Shown: positions 8,866-18,173 of the stretch, piece by piece
Layout of the letters: every line of letters begins with the position of its first letter
How positions within the stretch are numbered: the first letter of the stretch is position 1
DNA from: Gemmatimonadota bacterium
GTDB taxonomy: Bacteria > Gemmatimonadota > Gemmatimonadetes > Gemmatimonadales > GWC2-71-9
Reading direction: 5' to 3'
Length of the DNA: 62,813 nt
Assembly (NCBI GenBank): GCA_024641745.1
Contig: JAHECL010000002.1
Span: 1-62,813, forward strand
Program-made: the position numbers and the translations under genes
Notes under the pieces: generated by a model
Seen by the model: the letters and a program-made list of their open reading frames with translations, nothing else
Database searches by the model: none
What the model was told of the DNA's origin: nothing

Positions 8866-9969
8866 TCAATAGACCGGCAGCGCCGGCGCCGCGCCGGACG
8901 CCGCGGACCAGTTGAAGCCGATGGCCTGGGCCACCGTGGCGGCGATCTGTGCCTGATGGAGTTCCGGCATTGCCTGCCGCACGCCGAGCCCGGGTGTCTC
9001 CGGCCCCAGCACCGCCACCCAGACCTGCTCCGCGCCATCCACGTCGGCACCGTGGTCTCCCCAGTCCTGCAATCCGCTCCCCCGTCCATGATCAGTTGTG
9101 ATGATGAAGGTGGTGTTGCCGGCGTACTCCGGCATCGCCTGCATCGTGTTCCACAAGTCGCGGATGAACCCGTCCACCCGGTGGGCGGCCTCCAGGTAGC
9201 GGTCATACCGCCCCTCGTGGGCCCACTCGTCGGTCTCCCCGAATCCGATGAAGAGTGCCTGCGGGCGCTCCGTCCGCACGTACTCCGTCACCACCGCCTG
9301 CATGAAGGCGTCGTAGGGCATGACCGACCAGAGCCGGGTGGTGGTGGCGTAGAGGGTGTCGAGCAGGACCTGGGCGGGCACGGCGCTGCCCGGGAAGGGA
9401 GGCTCCCACCCGGCGTGTACCCGCATCGGCGCGCGCGCCTGGTTGAAGATGTCAGCGAAGACGTCCCAGGTCCCGAACGCCGCCGTCGTGCGCGGCGCCA
9501 GCTGCGGGGCCAGCCACTCGAACACCGTCGCGTTCGGGTTGGGGCCGTAGGCGTTCCGGTCGATGCGCGGATCGGGCCTTCCCGTCAGCATCTCGTTGTA
9601 GCCGGGATAGGAGAACTTGTATCCGTTGGTGACCACCATGTCGCTGCCGGAGGCGGGGTCGCCGAGGAGCTGCCCCGCTGTCGCCACGATGTCCCAGAGG
9701 AAGGGCATCAGCGCCCGGCGGTTGGCCTCGGCATCGCCCGCCAGGTAGGCGCGCCGGAGCGCGGCGGTGTCCTCGACGCCGCCGTGCTCCCTGTTGTTGA
9801 GCGCGGCGTCGGCACCGCCGAAGACCTCCTGCCAGCGGGTGCCGTCGATGGTGATGAGGACGACGTTTCTCCGCACCTCTGCGTTGTCCTGGGCGACTGC
9901 CGGCGCGGTGAAAGTTGCGGTTCCCAGCACGACCGCCGCCGCCAGCCAGGTTCGAGCAAGACGAGTCAC
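8866..9969 (-). CDS. Alkaline-phosphatase superfamily metalloenzyme (phosphodiesterase/pyrophosphatase-like), secreted
   Basis: 367 aa with a signal peptide. It has the ITIDGTRWQEVF motif (metal/nucleophile region) and ITTDHGR near the C-terminus. The GTG start overlaps the upstream stop (GTGA at 9966-9969). Confidence 0.75.
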   Translation of the reverse strand: MTRLARTWLAAAVVLGTATFTAPAVAQDNAEVRRNVVLITIDGTRWQEVFGGADAALNNREHGGVEDTAALRRAYLAGDAEANRRALMPFLWDIVATAGQLLGDPASGSDMVVTNGYKFSYPGYNEMLTGRPDPRIDRNAYGPNPNATVFEWLAPQLAPRTTAAFGTWDVFADIFNQARAPMRVHAGWEPPFPGSAVPAQVLLDTLYATTTRLWSVMPYDAFMQAVVTEYVRTERPQALFIGFGETDEWAHEGRYDRYLEAAHRVDGFIRDLWNTMQAMPEYAGNTTFIITTDHGRGSGLQDWGDHGADVDGAEQVWVAVLGPETPGLGVRQAMPELHQAQIAATVAQAIGFNWSAASGAAPALPVY

Positions 9970-10814
9970 GAGGCGTCCTTGAATCGGAGATGCCGGAGGT
10001 ACCGGTAGCTGGCGGCCGCGGAGGCAAGAGGGTCCGCCGGCTCGTCATGCTCCACGAAGAGGTGCTTGACGCCCGCCTCTGCTCGCCGGGCAAAGATGGC
10101 CGCCCAGTCCACACGGCCGGCACCCACGTCCACCATGGCGCCGTCGGCCGCGCGCCCCTTCACGTGCAGCAGCGGGAACCGGCCGGGCCACCGTGCGAAA
10201 TAGGCCAGGGGGCTGCCGCCCCCCTCCAGCACCCAGTAGATGTCCATCTCGAAGCCGACCGTGTCGGGATCGGTATTCGCGAGGAGAAGGTCGTAGGGCA
10301 CCTGGCCGTCGATCGGGCTCAGTTCCGCGGCGTGGTTGTGGTAGGCGAATCGGAACCCCGCGTCCCGCGCCTTCCGACCGCAGGCGTTGAAGCGCTCGGC
10401 CCAGTGATGGTAGTCGTCGAGCGTCCTCCGCTGGTCGGCGTCGATCCAGGCGAGGACGAGATACTCCGCCCCGAGCGCCCGTGCCGCCGTCACGGTGGCA
10501 TCCCAACCCGCCTCGAAGTCGGTGACTTCGAGGTGGGCCGCAGGGGCGCGCAGCCCGAGGTCGTGAAGGAGCTGCCGCGTGCCGGCCGGCGAGCCGCCCC
10601 GATTCCAGGCGAACTCGACGTCCTGGTAGCCGATGGCGGCCAGTCGCTGGAGCGTCCCCGCAAAGTCAGCCTCGAGGGCGTTCCGCACGGTATAGAGCTG
10701 GATGCCGATCCGTCCGAGCCTGTCTGGATGCACGGGGACCAGGCTTCCGGGAAGGGCGGCCCCCAGCGCGGCAGCGGTGGCGCCTTCGACGAACGACCGG
10801 CGGGAGAGGCTCAC
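9966..10814 (-). CDS. Xylose-isomerase-like TIM-barrel protein (sugar phosphate isomerase/epimerase) with Tat signal
   Basis: This is the C-terminal 282 aa of the chimeric track ORF 9966..12122. The GTG at 10812-10814 opens VSLSRRSFVEGATAAALGAAL, a Tat leader, followed by the ...AYHNHAAEL...FEMDIYW motifs. The start overlaps the upstream stop (GTGA). Confidence 0.85.
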   Translation of the reverse strand: MSLSRRSFVEGATAAALGAALPGSLVPVHPDRLGRIGIQLYTVRNALEADFAGTLQRLAAIGYQDVEFAWNRGGSPAGTRQLLHDLGLRAPAAHLEVTDFEAGWDATVTAARALGAEYLVLAWIDADQRRTLDDYHHWAERFNACGRKARDAGFRFAYHNHAAELSPIDGQVPYDLLLANTDPDTVGFEMDIYWVLEGGGSPLAYFARWPGRFPLLHVKGRAADGAMVDVGAGRVDWAAIFARRAEAGVKHLFVEHDEPADPLASAAASYRYLRHLRFKDAS

Positions 10815-11116
10815 GCCTTCCCCTGCATCTTGGCCATCCACCACCGCAGCCCGACGAAGAGGAACCGCCAGTCCTTGAAGAACTCGGGGGGCTTGCCCTC
10901 GAAGGCGTGCCCGACGAACTGGAAGACCCACCCTACGACGAACAGGGTCAGCGGGACCCGCCAGAACCCGGGCACCCAGATGCCGATCAGGAAGAGGGGA
11001 AGCGAGAGGGCGATGAGCGGGATGCCGATGGTGTGGCACACCCGGTTGACCGTATGCTGGTGGCTGGTGGCGTACTGCGAGATCCACTCGTCCCAGCTCC
11101 TGCCGCCGAGCGCCAT
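10811..11116 (-). CDS. DUF962/Mpo1-like small membrane protein
   Basis: From the ATG at 11116: MALGGRSWDEWISQYATSHQHTVNRVCHTIGIPLIALSLPLF... This matches the typical YxxxHxxxxNxxxHxxGIP signature, with 2-3 TM helices. The alternative TTG at 11176 would run into the terminator at 11188-11217. Confidence 0.7.
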   Translation of the reverse strand: MALGGRSWDEWISQYATSHQHTVNRVCHTIGIPLIALSLPLFLIGIWVPGFWRVPLTLFVVGWVFQFVGHAFEGKPPEFFKDWRFLFVGLRWWMAKMQGKA

Positions 11117-11187
11117 GCGAGCCTCGCCATTCGGGAGAATACCCCGAAGTGTTCCACCGAAACGGGTGGGGGGCAAGTGGGGGGCGG

Positions 11188-11217
11188 AAAAAACCCGCCC
11201 GGCGACGGCCGGGCGGG
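11188..11217 (-). terminator. Rho-independent terminator downstream of the lysine 2,3-aminomutase gene
   Basis: Read on the minus strand: CCCGCCCGGC-cgtc-GCCGGGCGGG (10-bp perfect stem, 4-nt loop) followed directly by TTTTTT. It lies 38 nt after the stop at 11255. Confidence 0.7.
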
Positions 11218-11254
11218 GGTCTTCCAGTGATGCACCAGGATCGGTGCCCGGCGC

Positions 11255-12442
11255 TCAGGCCAGTTTCCGCTTCGCTGTCTTGGTGCCTGTCTTGCTGGTT
11301 CGCTTCGCTGGCTTCTTCAGCTGCAGCGTCGGCTGGAAGAGATACTCGGGATCGGTGCGCCGGCCCATGGCCACCATCGCCTCCTCCTCGTTGGGCTGGC
11401 GGTAGACGAACCGGTCGCCGCGGAAATTGCGCAGGACGACCTCCTCGTCGCTCATCGACTCGACATACTCCGGGAGGAGCGGGATCTTGCCGCCGCCGCC
11501 GGGCGCGTCGATGACGAAATGCGGGTTGGCCAGGCCGCTGGTCCAGCCGCGCAGCGCTTCCATGATCTGCAGGCCGGTCTGGACGCTGGTCCGGAAGTGC
11601 TCGGCGCCCGCCACCTGGTCGGCCATGTAGATGTAGTACGGCCGGACCCGTGCGATCATCAGCTTGTGCATCAGCTGCTTCATGACCTCGGGGCTGTCGT
11701 TGACGCCGCGGAGGAGCACGGTCTGGCACCCGAGCGGGATGCCGGCATCGGCCAGCATGCCGAGGCCCTTGATGGCGGCCGGCGTCAGCTCGTCGGGGTG
11801 GTTGAAATGCGTGTTGATCCACACCGGATGGTACTTCTTGATCGTGGCGCAGAGTTCCGGCGTGATCCGCTCCGGGAGGTGACAGGGGACGCGGCTCCCG
11901 ATCCGGATGATCTCGATGTGCTTGATGCTCCGGAGCCGGGACAGGATGGCGTCCAGCCGGCGGTCGTTCAGGAGCAGCGGGTCGCCACCCGACATGATGA
12001 CGTCGCGGATCTCGGTGTGGCTCTCCAGGTACTGGAAGGCCGACTCGAACTGCGACATCGGGATCTTCTCGGGGTCGCCCACCTTGCGCCGCCTGGTGCA
12101 GAACCGGCAGTAGCTGGCGCACACCGGGCTGACCAGGAAGAGCGCCCGGTCGGGATAGCGGTGCGTGATGTTCGGCACCGGGCTGTCCTCGTCCTCGTTC
12201 AGGGAGTCCACGATGCCGTCGTGGACCTCCAGTTCCTGGACGGAGGGGATGTACTGACGCCAGATCGGGTCGTCGGGGGACTTGATCAGGTCCACCATCG
12301 CCGGCGAGATCCGGAACTCGAAATTCTCCGCCGCCAGCCGGAGCCGGTCGAGTTCGGGGAAGTTCTCGGCCCCGAACCGGCTGGCCAGCGTGTCGAGCGA
12401 CGCGATCGAGTTCTTACGCAGGACTTCCTGCCAAGTCTCCAT
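11255..12442 (-). CDS. kamA: Lysine 2,3-aminomutase (radical SAM/PLP, KamA family)
   Basis: 395 aa. It carries the CASYCRFC radical-SAM CX3CX2C cluster motif and the HRYPDR, SGGDPL and APGGGGK (PLP lysine) motifs. It also has YYIYMAD and VIDAPGGGGK, which keep the two Asp residues that I recall binding the lysine epsilon-amine in Clostridium KamA. An SD (GAGGGTGAGG) precedes the ATG. Confidence 0.9.
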   Translation of the reverse strand: METWQEVLRKNSIASLDTLASRFGAENFPELDRLRLAAENFEFRISPAMVDLIKSPDDPIWRQYIPSVQELEVHDGIVDSLNEDEDSPVPNITHRYPDRALFLVSPVCASYCRFCTRRRKVGDPEKIPMSQFESAFQYLESHTEIRDVIMSGGDPLLLNDRRLDAILSRLRSIKHIEIIRIGSRVPCHLPERITPELCATIKKYHPVWINTHFNHPDELTPAAIKGLGMLADAGIPLGCQTVLLRGVNDSPEVMKQLMHKLMIARVRPYYIYMADQVAGAEHFRTSVQTGLQIMEALRGWTSGLANPHFVIDAPGGGGKIPLLPEYVESMSDEEVVLRNFRGDRFVYRQPNEEEAMVAMGRRTDPEYLFQPTLQLKKPAKRTSKTGTKTAKRKLA

Positions 12443-12457
12443 GCCAGAACCTCACCC

Positions 12458-12958
12458 TCAGTGTGTTGCGGGGGCCTCGAAATACTTCACGAACGTCACC
12501 TGGTCATCGCCCGGGGCGTAGAAGTCCGGGATCAAGCCCACGGCCCGATATCCCCGGGCCTCGTAGAAGGCGCGCGTCGGCGCGTAGTCCGCACGACCCG
12601 CCGTCTCCACGACCACCAGCCGTGCCACCCCGGCGAGCCGGCGCTCCATCTCGTCCACCAGCAGCGTGCCGAGTCCATGCCCGTGCAGCGCCGGATCGAC
12701 CGCCATCCAGTAGAGGTCCCAGGTGGCGAGGGTGCAGGGCGTCGGTCCCCAGCAGATCCACCCCGCCAGCCGGCCGTCCACCTCGACGCCCAGCGCCGTG
12801 TAGTCGGGACTGCCGGCGACCGCGGCGTCGAAGACCTCAAGCGCGACCGGCACCTCGTCGTCCCGAAAGAGCCCCACCGCCCTGGTGATCTCCTCCAGCC
12901 GACCGCGGTCGGCGGCGGTCATGCCCCGAAGCTGCCCCGCCGCCACCGCGCGGGTCAC
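12458..12958 (-). CDS. GNAT family N-acetyltransferase
   Basis: The acetyl-CoA motif region is LYWMAVDPALHGHGLGTLLVDEMERRL, and the C-terminus reads ...RAFYEARGYR. The chosen start is the GTG at 12956-12958, overlapping the upstream stop (GTGA). An alternative ATG lies at 12922. The track ORF start at 13057 was rejected. Confidence 0.8.
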   Translation of the reverse strand: MTRAVAAGQLRGMTAADRGRLEEITRAVGLFRDDEVPVALEVFDAAVAGSPDYTALGVEVDGRLAGWICWGPTPCTLATWDLYWMAVDPALHGHGLGTLLVDEMERRLAGVARLVVVETAGRADYAPTRAFYEARGYRAVGLIPDFYAPGDDQVTFVKYFEAPATH

Positions 12959-13962
12959 GAGGTGACCCGGCCCGCCAGCGCACCGTCCGCCAGCGCAATC
13001 CGTCCCCGCTCCAGCGCTTCCTCCGCGATCTGCAGCACCAGCGCCGGGTAATCCCATCCGTGCGCCCGGCCCATCCGCGCCAGTCCCGCGTCACTCGACA
13101 GGTCGGGATCGGGATTCAGTTCGAGCACCCACGGGGTGCCGTCGGCATCGAGGCGGATGTCGACTCGCCCATATCCCTCGCACTTTGCCAGGGCGCGCCA
13201 CGCGCGTTCTGCAACGGTGACCAGTTTTTTCGCCGTTGCCTGGTCGACCCTGGCCGGACAGACCGGAATGGTGTGCAGGTCGTAGTCGCTGCCTGCATTC
13301 CACTTGGCGGCATAGGTCACGATCGGCGGCTTGCCCTCGCCGAGTCCGGTGAAATCGATCTCCGAAATCGGCAGCGCCGTCGTCCCGACGAAGCCGACAT
13401 TGAACTCGCGGCCCTCCACATACTCCTGGACCAGCACGTCTTCCCAGGTCGCCGTCACCTTGGCGAGCCGCTCAAGGAGCGCCGCCGGCGTGTGGCAGAC
13501 GGACCCCTCGTCGATGCCGACGCTGGCGTCCTCCATCGACGGCTTCACGATGACCGGAAACCGGACCCCGTCCGGCACCACCGGTTCGTGTACCAGGGCG
13601 AAGGCCGGGACCGGCACGCCCGCTTCCCGGAGCAGCGTGTTTGCCACATGCTTCCGGTGGCAGATCGTGATCGGCCAGGAGCGGCACCCGGTGAACGGCA
13701 CCCGGACCAGCTCCAGCGCGGCCACCACGTAGTCCTCGAACCGGGCGTGGCCGTTGATGCCTTCGCACAGGTTGAAGATCAGGTCGGCCTTCTGACAGCG
13801 TTCGACCCACGCGAGGTCGGCGAGGTACACCGGCACCAGTTCGGTGGTGTGTCCGGCGGCCTGGAGGATCGCCGCGATTTCCCGGACGTTGGACAGGACC
13901 GCCGCCACGTCGGCCGCGGTCCACTCGTCGCTCCCCCCGTCGTGGAGGAGGGCGACCTTCAA
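12955..13962 (-). CDS. D-Ala-D-Ala ligase-like ATP-grasp enzyme (paralog 2)
   Basis: 335 aa. The motifs DLIFNLCEGINGH, FPVIVKPSMEDASVGI, VLVQEYVEGREF and GRVDIRLDADGTPWVLELNPDPDLS fit a Ddl-type ATP-grasp fold. The TTG start overlaps the upstream stop (TTGA at 13959-13962), and GAGGTGG lies 5 nt upstream. Confidence 0.85.
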   Translation of the reverse strand: MKVALLHDGGSDEWTAADVAAVLSNVREIAAILQAAGHTTELVPVYLADLAWVERCQKADLIFNLCEGINGHARFEDYVVAALELVRVPFTGCRSWPITICHRKHVANTLLREAGVPVPAFALVHEPVVPDGVRFPVIVKPSMEDASVGIDEGSVCHTPAALLERLAKVTATWEDVLVQEYVEGREFNVGFVGTTALPISEIDFTGLGEGKPPIVTYAAKWNAGSDYDLHTIPVCPARVDQATAKKLVTVAERAWRALAKCEGYGRVDIRLDADGTPWVLELNPDPDLSSDAGLARMGRAHGWDYPALVLQIAEEALERGRIALADGALAGRVTS

Positions 13963-15062
13963 GCCGCCACCTCAGCCAGGAGCCGTCGGCCGGTGATCCG
14001 CCGCCAGGCAATGTCGGCCACCGTCTGGATCAACTCGTCGTAGTCCATCCCGGCGGAGCGCGCCGCCTTGGGAAAGCAGGAGTTGTCGCGCGGGTCAGGG
14101 AGGATGCCGGGCAGCGGGTTGAGCTCGACGATCATCGGGTTGCCGTCGGCATCGCAGCGGACGTCGATGCGGCACCAGTCGCGACAGCCGATGGCGTGAT
14201 AGGCCCCGAGGGAGGCCTCACGGATGCGTGCCGCCAGCGCTTCCGGGACCGGCGCCGGGCATTCGTAGATGTCGAGCGGGTTGTCGAGGGTGTCCCAGAG
14301 CCACTTGGCTTCGTAGCCGTAGATCGGCGGGGCGCCCTCGGGGAGGTCGGCGTAGTTCATGGCCACGAGGGGGAGGCAGCGCGCCTCCGGACCGTTGCCG
14401 AGGACCGCGACGGTGAATTCCGCCCCGGGGAGCCACGCCTCGATCAGCACCGGCTGGCGGTAGGTGGCGAGCAGGTGCGTGACCCGGGCCACCAGCGCCG
14501 CGCGGTCATGGCAGAGGTTGTCGACGGTGATGCCCTTGCCCGAACCCTCGCAGGCCGGCTTGACGAAGACCGGGAAGGGGAGGGTGGATGCGTCGGCGTC
14601 GGCCACCGACTCGGCGATGCGGAACGGCGCGGTGGGAACGCCGCGGGCCTGCATGACTTCCTTGGCGCGTCCCTTGTGGAGGGCCAGCCCAAGCGCCAGC
14701 GGGTCGGAGGCGTGACAGGGAATGCCGTAGAACTCGCAGATGGCGGGGACGTGCCCCTCGCGGTTCGGTCCGTACAGCCCTTCGGCGATGTTGAAGACGA
14801 AATCGGGCCGCGACTCGGCGAGCTTCTGCGGGAACGACGCGTCGGCCTCGAGGCGGATCACCTGGCCGAGCGGCTGCAGCGCGCGCTCGACGGCGTCGAT
14901 GGTGCCGGGTTCGTCCCATTCGGCGTAGAGATCGGGCTGGTCGAGATCGGTGCGGAGGGCGCGGAGGGCGGTGTTCCGGTCAACAGGGGAGGCGAAGTCT
15001 CCCCCAGCAATCGCTGCGGCCTGGGGCTTCAGGTTGTAGGCGAGTCCGATCCGAACTCCCAA
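13959..15062 (-). CDS. D-Ala-D-Ala ligase-like ATP-grasp enzyme (paralog 1)
   Basis: About 367 aa. The motifs are PDFVFNIAEGLYGPNREGH, FPVFVKPACEGSGKGI, VLIEAWLPGAEF and CRIDVRCDADGNPMIVELNPLPGI. The start was assigned to the TTG at 15060-15062, preceded by GAGGGGGAG. The track ORF (to 15470) runs into folA and was trimmed. Confidence 0.8.
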   Translation of the reverse strand: MGVRIGLAYNLKPQAAAIAGGDFASPVDRNTALRALRTDLDQPDLYAEWDEPGTIDAVERALQPLGQVIRLEADASFPQKLAESRPDFVFNIAEGLYGPNREGHVPAICEFYGIPCHASDPLALGLALHKGRAKEVMQARGVPTAPFRIAESVADADASTLPFPVFVKPACEGSGKGITVDNLCHDRAALVARVTHLLATYRQPVLIEAWLPGAEFTVAVLGNGPEARCLPLVAMNYADLPEGAPPIYGYEAKWLWDTLDNPLDIYECPAPVPEALAARIREASLGAYHAIGCRDWCRIDVRCDADGNPMIVELNPLPGILPDPRDNSCFPKAARSAGMDYDELIQTVADIAWRRITGRRLLAEVAA

Positions 15063-15219
15063 ACACTCCCCCTCAAAAAGGCTGCCGCCGAATTGCGACC
15101 AGCCGACGCTTGCTGTTGTCGGATACCAAGTTAAGAAAAAGGGGAGCGAAGCACAATAGATTTTTTTGAAATTCGTGAACTTCGTTTGTCGGCAGGAAGA
15201 CGAGAAGACGGGAACCGGG
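15063..15219 (-). promoter_or_regulatory. AT-enriched intergenic region upstream of the ATP-grasp/GNAT/KamA operon (promoter/5' UTR; exact elements not resolved)
   Basis: This 157-bp gap lies between the folA stop (15220) and the TTG at 15062. It is locally much less GC-rich than its surroundings (…aatttcaaaaaaatctattgtgcttcgctcccctttttcttaacttgg… on the minus strand). I could not assign a clean -35/-10 pair. Confidence 0.35.
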
Positions 15220-15708
15220 TCAGCGGCGTCGTTCGTACACGCGGAACTCGAAGGAGAATTCGTTCCTGTCGTCCGCGCCATGGGACTCGGTCGACACCAG
15301 CTTCCATGCCGGCGCCCCGGGCAGTGAAAAGTGCGTGTCTCCCTCGGGAGAAGCGTGCACCAGGGTGAGGTAGATCCGCGTGGCCAGTGGCATCGCCTGC
15401 CGGTAGACGTCCGCTCCGCCGATGACGAACACCTCGCCCGCCGGTCCCGCCACTTCCAGCGCCGCCTCAAGGCTTGGCACCCGTTCGGCGCCCTCCGGCC
15501 GGAACTCGGGATTCCGGCTCACGACGAGGTTGCGGCGGCCGGTGAGTCCCTTCCCGATCGATTCGAAGGTCTTCCGCCCCATGATGACGGTGTGCCCGAG
15601 CGTGAGCGACTTGAACCGCCGGAGGTCGGCGGAGAGCCGCCAGGGCAGCGCGTTCTGCGTCCCGATCACGCCGTTCTCGGCGACCGCCACCACCAGCGCG
15701 ACGGTCAG
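15220..15708 (-). CDS. folA: Dihydrofolate reductase
   Basis: The sequence (L)[51 protein letters not shown]...[12 protein letters not shown] carries classic DHFR motifs. The start is uncertain: either the CTG at 15706-15708, overlapping the thyA stop, or the GTG at about 15690. The track ORF 15220..16566 is a chimera. Confidence 0.85.
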   Translation of the reverse strand: MTVALVVAVAENGVIGTQNALPWRLSADLRRFKSLTLGHTVIMGRKTFESIGKGLTGRRNLVVSRNPEFRPEGAERVPSLEAALEVAGPAGEVFVIGGADVYRQAMPLATRIYLTLVHASPEGDTHFSLPGAPAWKLVSTESHGADDRNEFSFEFRVYERRR

Positions 15709-16499
15709 ACCGCCACCTTGCCGGGGATATGGGGATGCGGGTCGTAGCCGAGGAGCTCGATATCCTCGTACCGGAAGTCGAAGAGCGAGGTGACCGCCGG
15801 GTTGAGCCGGAGGCGGGGGAGCGGCCGGGGGGTGCGGGTCAGCTGGAGCCGTGCGGCCTCCAGGTGGTTGGCATAGAGATGCGCGTCGCCGAAGGTGTGG
15901 ATGAACTCTCCCGGCTGGAGCCCGGTCACCTGCGCCACCATCAGGGTGAGCAACGCGTAGGAGGCGATGTTGAACGGGACGCCGAGGAAGGCATCGGCGC
16001 TTCGCTGGTAGAGCTGGCAGGACAGCCGGCCGTCCGCCACGTAGAACTGGAAGAGGGCATGACAGGGAGCGAGCGCCATCTCGGGAATGTCCGCCACGTT
16101 CCAGGCGCTGACCATCAGCCGGCGGGAATCGGGGTTCCGGCGGATCTCCTCGAGCACGAGGGTGACCTGGTCGACATGGCCGCCGTCTGGCGTCGGCCAG
16201 GATCGCCACTGGCGACCGTAGACCGGGCCGAGCTCGCCCGAGGGGTCGGCCCAGTCGTCCCAGATGCTGACCCCGTGGTCGTGCAGGTACTTGACGTTGG
16301 TGTCGCCCCGGAGGAACCAGAGCAGTTCGTGGACGATCGACCTGGTGTGAAGCTTCTTGGTGGTGACCAGGGGGAAGCCGTCCGACAGGTCGAACCGCAT
16401 CTGGTGGCCGAAGATGCTGCGCGTGCCGGTCCCGGTCCGGTCCGACTTGGCCACGCCGGTGTCCAGGATGCGGGAGAGGAGATCGAGGTAGGGTTTCAT
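15705..16499 (-). CDS. thyA: Thymidylate synthase
   Basis: 264 aa with near-canonical ThyA sequence (MKPYLDLL...DRTGTGT...[12 protein letters not shown]...DAHLYANH). Confidence 0.95.
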   Translation of the reverse strand: MKPYLDLLSRILDTGVAKSDRTGTGTRSIFGHQMRFDLSDGFPLVTTKKLHTRSIVHELLWFLRGDTNVKYLHDHGVSIWDDWADPSGELGPVYGRQWRSWPTPDGGHVDQVTLVLEEIRRNPDSRRLMVSAWNVADIPEMALAPCHALFQFYVADGRLSCQLYQRSADAFLGVPFNIASYALLTLMVAQVTGLQPGEFIHTFGDAHLYANHLEAARLQLTRTPRPLPRLRLNPAVTSLFDFRYEDIELLGYDPHPHIPGKVAV

Positions 16500-18103
16500 C
16501 GGGCCAGCTCCAGCCGGGGACGGGCGTAGCCGCCGGTGCGTTCGATCTCACGAAGGGCGAGGGCAATATCAGCGGGGATCTCGGTCGCGGCGGCGCCGAC
16601 CTTCAGGCGATCCACCGGCGCCTCGCCCGCCGGGAGCTTGATGCCGGGGTTGAGGAGGCCGGCGGGGTCGAAGGCCGCCTTGATCTCGCGGAACAATGCC
16701 ACGAGCTCGGGTCCGAACACCGAATCGAGGGCATCGGCGCGGAGGCGACCGTCGCCGTGTTCGCCGCTGAGCGTCCCGCCCAGCGCCGTGGTGCCGCTCG
16801 AGACCTCCCGCAAGACCGCCGTCACCTCCGCCTCCCAGCCCGTCGTCGTGGTGTCCACCAGCAGGTTCACGTGGATGTTGCCGTCGCCGGCGTGCCCGAA
16901 GATGACCGCCTCCTGCCCATGCGCACGGGTCACCCGTCGGACGAGGCGAACATAATCGGCGAGGCGGGACACCGGCACCGCACCGTCCTCGATCACCTGC
17001 AGCGATCGGTGGGTGTCGGGGAGCCGGGCCAGGATCGGACTCGCGGCGTGGCGGATCGCCCAGAGCGACTCGGCATCCTCCGGGGTGATGGCGGTCTCCA
17101 CCTCGGTGGCCCACGCGCTGACGGCCCGGACCGCATCCCCCACCGTCCCGCGCGCCGCCGTCGCCGTGGCACGCTCGAACTCCACCAGGAGGAGCGCCTC
17201 GGCGCCGCGCGTGAGCGCGGGCACCTCGCCGCCCTGCTTCGCGACCAGTTCCAGGAAGGTGCTGTCGAGCATCTCGAGCGCCGAGGGCCGGAGCGGCAGG
17301 AGGGCGTTGACCACGTCCGCCAGCTCGTCGAGCGAGCGGAGTGCGATCCGCAGCCCCGCACTGGCGCCGGCGATCGGTGCGAGGCGGCATTCCAGGGCGG
17401 TGATGAGGCCGAGGGTTCCCTCGCTCCCGATCAGGAGGTCCAGCGCGTCGCCCGAGTCGAGGACGGCGTCCACGGCGTAGCCGGAAGAGTTCTTCCGGAC
17501 CCTCGGGAACCTGGCCCGAATCAGCGGCCCGGCGGCGTGGATCCGCGCGGTGACCGCCTCCCAGCGCGGCGCCAGCGGTTCGTGTCCCTCGCGCGCCCAT
17601 CGATGCGTGGCGCCGTCGGCCGCCACCCATTCGAGGGCGGCGATCCACGGTCGGATACTCCCCATCCGGACCGCCGACGCGCCGGCGGCGTTTGTGGCGG
17701 CCATGCCGCCCAGCGTGGCCCACCTTCCACTGGACGGCATCGGCGGGAAGCGCAGCCCGTGTTCGCGTGCGGCGGCGTCCAGCGCCCCGGCCGTGACCCC
17801 GGCGGTGACGCAGGCCCGACGATCCGCCGCGTGGATCTCCAGCCGCGCCGGCCCGAGACGGGTGAGGTCCACGACCACGCCGTCCCCGACGTTGCCCCCT
17901 CCCATGGCGCTGCCGGCACCGCGGGGCACGAGCGGCGTATCGGTCTCCCCGGCCCACCGCACCAGCCGGATCAGGTCCTCGACGGTGACCGGCACCGCGA
18001 CCCCCGCCGGCACGATCCGGTAGATCCCGGCGCCCTCGGCATAGGCGGCGCGGGCGCGGTCATCGGTGCGAAATTCGCCCTGCAGGCGGGGTCCCGTCAG
18101 CAT
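16496..18103 (-). CDS. FAD-binding oxidase (GlcD/D-lactate dehydrogenase-like, FAD_binding_4 + C-terminal oxidase domain)
   Basis: From the ATG at 18103: [11 protein letters not shown]...[14 protein letters not shown]...GEHGDGRLR. The stop overlaps the thyA start (ATGA at 16496-16499). Confidence 0.85.
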   Translation of the reverse strand: MLTGPRLQGEFRTDDRARAAYAEGAGIYRIVPAGVAVPVTVEDLIRLVRWAGETDTPLVPRGAGSAMGGGNVGDGVVVDLTRLGPARLEIHAADRRACVTAGVTAGALDAAAREHGLRFPPMPSSGRWATLGGMAATNAAGASAVRMGSIRPWIAALEWVAADGATHRWAREGHEPLAPRWEAVTARIHAAGPLIRARFPRVRKNSSGYAVDAVLDSGDALDLLIGSEGTLGLITALECRLAPIAGASAGLRIALRSLDELADVVNALLPLRPSALEMLDSTFLELVAKQGGEVPALTRGAEALLLVEFERATATAARGTVGDAVRAVSAWATEVETAITPEDAESLWAIRHAASPILARLPDTHRSLQVIEDGAVPVSRLADYVRLVRRVTRAHGQEAVIFGHAGDGNIHVNLLVDTTTTGWEAEVTAVLREVSSGTTALGGTLSGEHGDGRLRADALDSVFGPELVALFREIKAAFDPAGLLNPGIKLPAGEAPVDRLKVGAAATEIPADIALALREIERTGGYARPRLELAR

Positions 18104-18173
18104 GGCCGAAACGTACGGCGGTACACCGCTGGCGCCAAGCGAACGAGGGAGCCGCCTGCTATCTTGGAACCCC

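Noticed and set aside
8709-8915. 68-aa ORF (8709..8915) and the ORFs at 28992..29462 and 28929..29168, which overlap the two repeat-element copies.
   Set aside because: The similarity between the two loci is at the nucleotide level and shifts frame between the two conserved blocks because of the 1-nt spacing difference. The peptides are Arg/Pro-rich with no start context. They are treated as non-coding repeats.
9966-12122. 718-aa ORF reported as a single protein.
   Set aside because: Only the C-terminal 282 aa, from the GTG at 10814, look like a real TIM-barrel protein with a Tat leader. Upstream, the frame runs antisense or out of frame through the DUF962 gene, a terminator and kamA, giving Arg/Pro-rich nonsense.
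15063-15219. Possible lysine riboswitch (L-box) in front of the KamA operon.
   Set aside because: The gap is only 157 bp and must also hold the promoter. I could not find the conserved L-box helices or core motifs by eye. Running a covariance model would be the decisive test.
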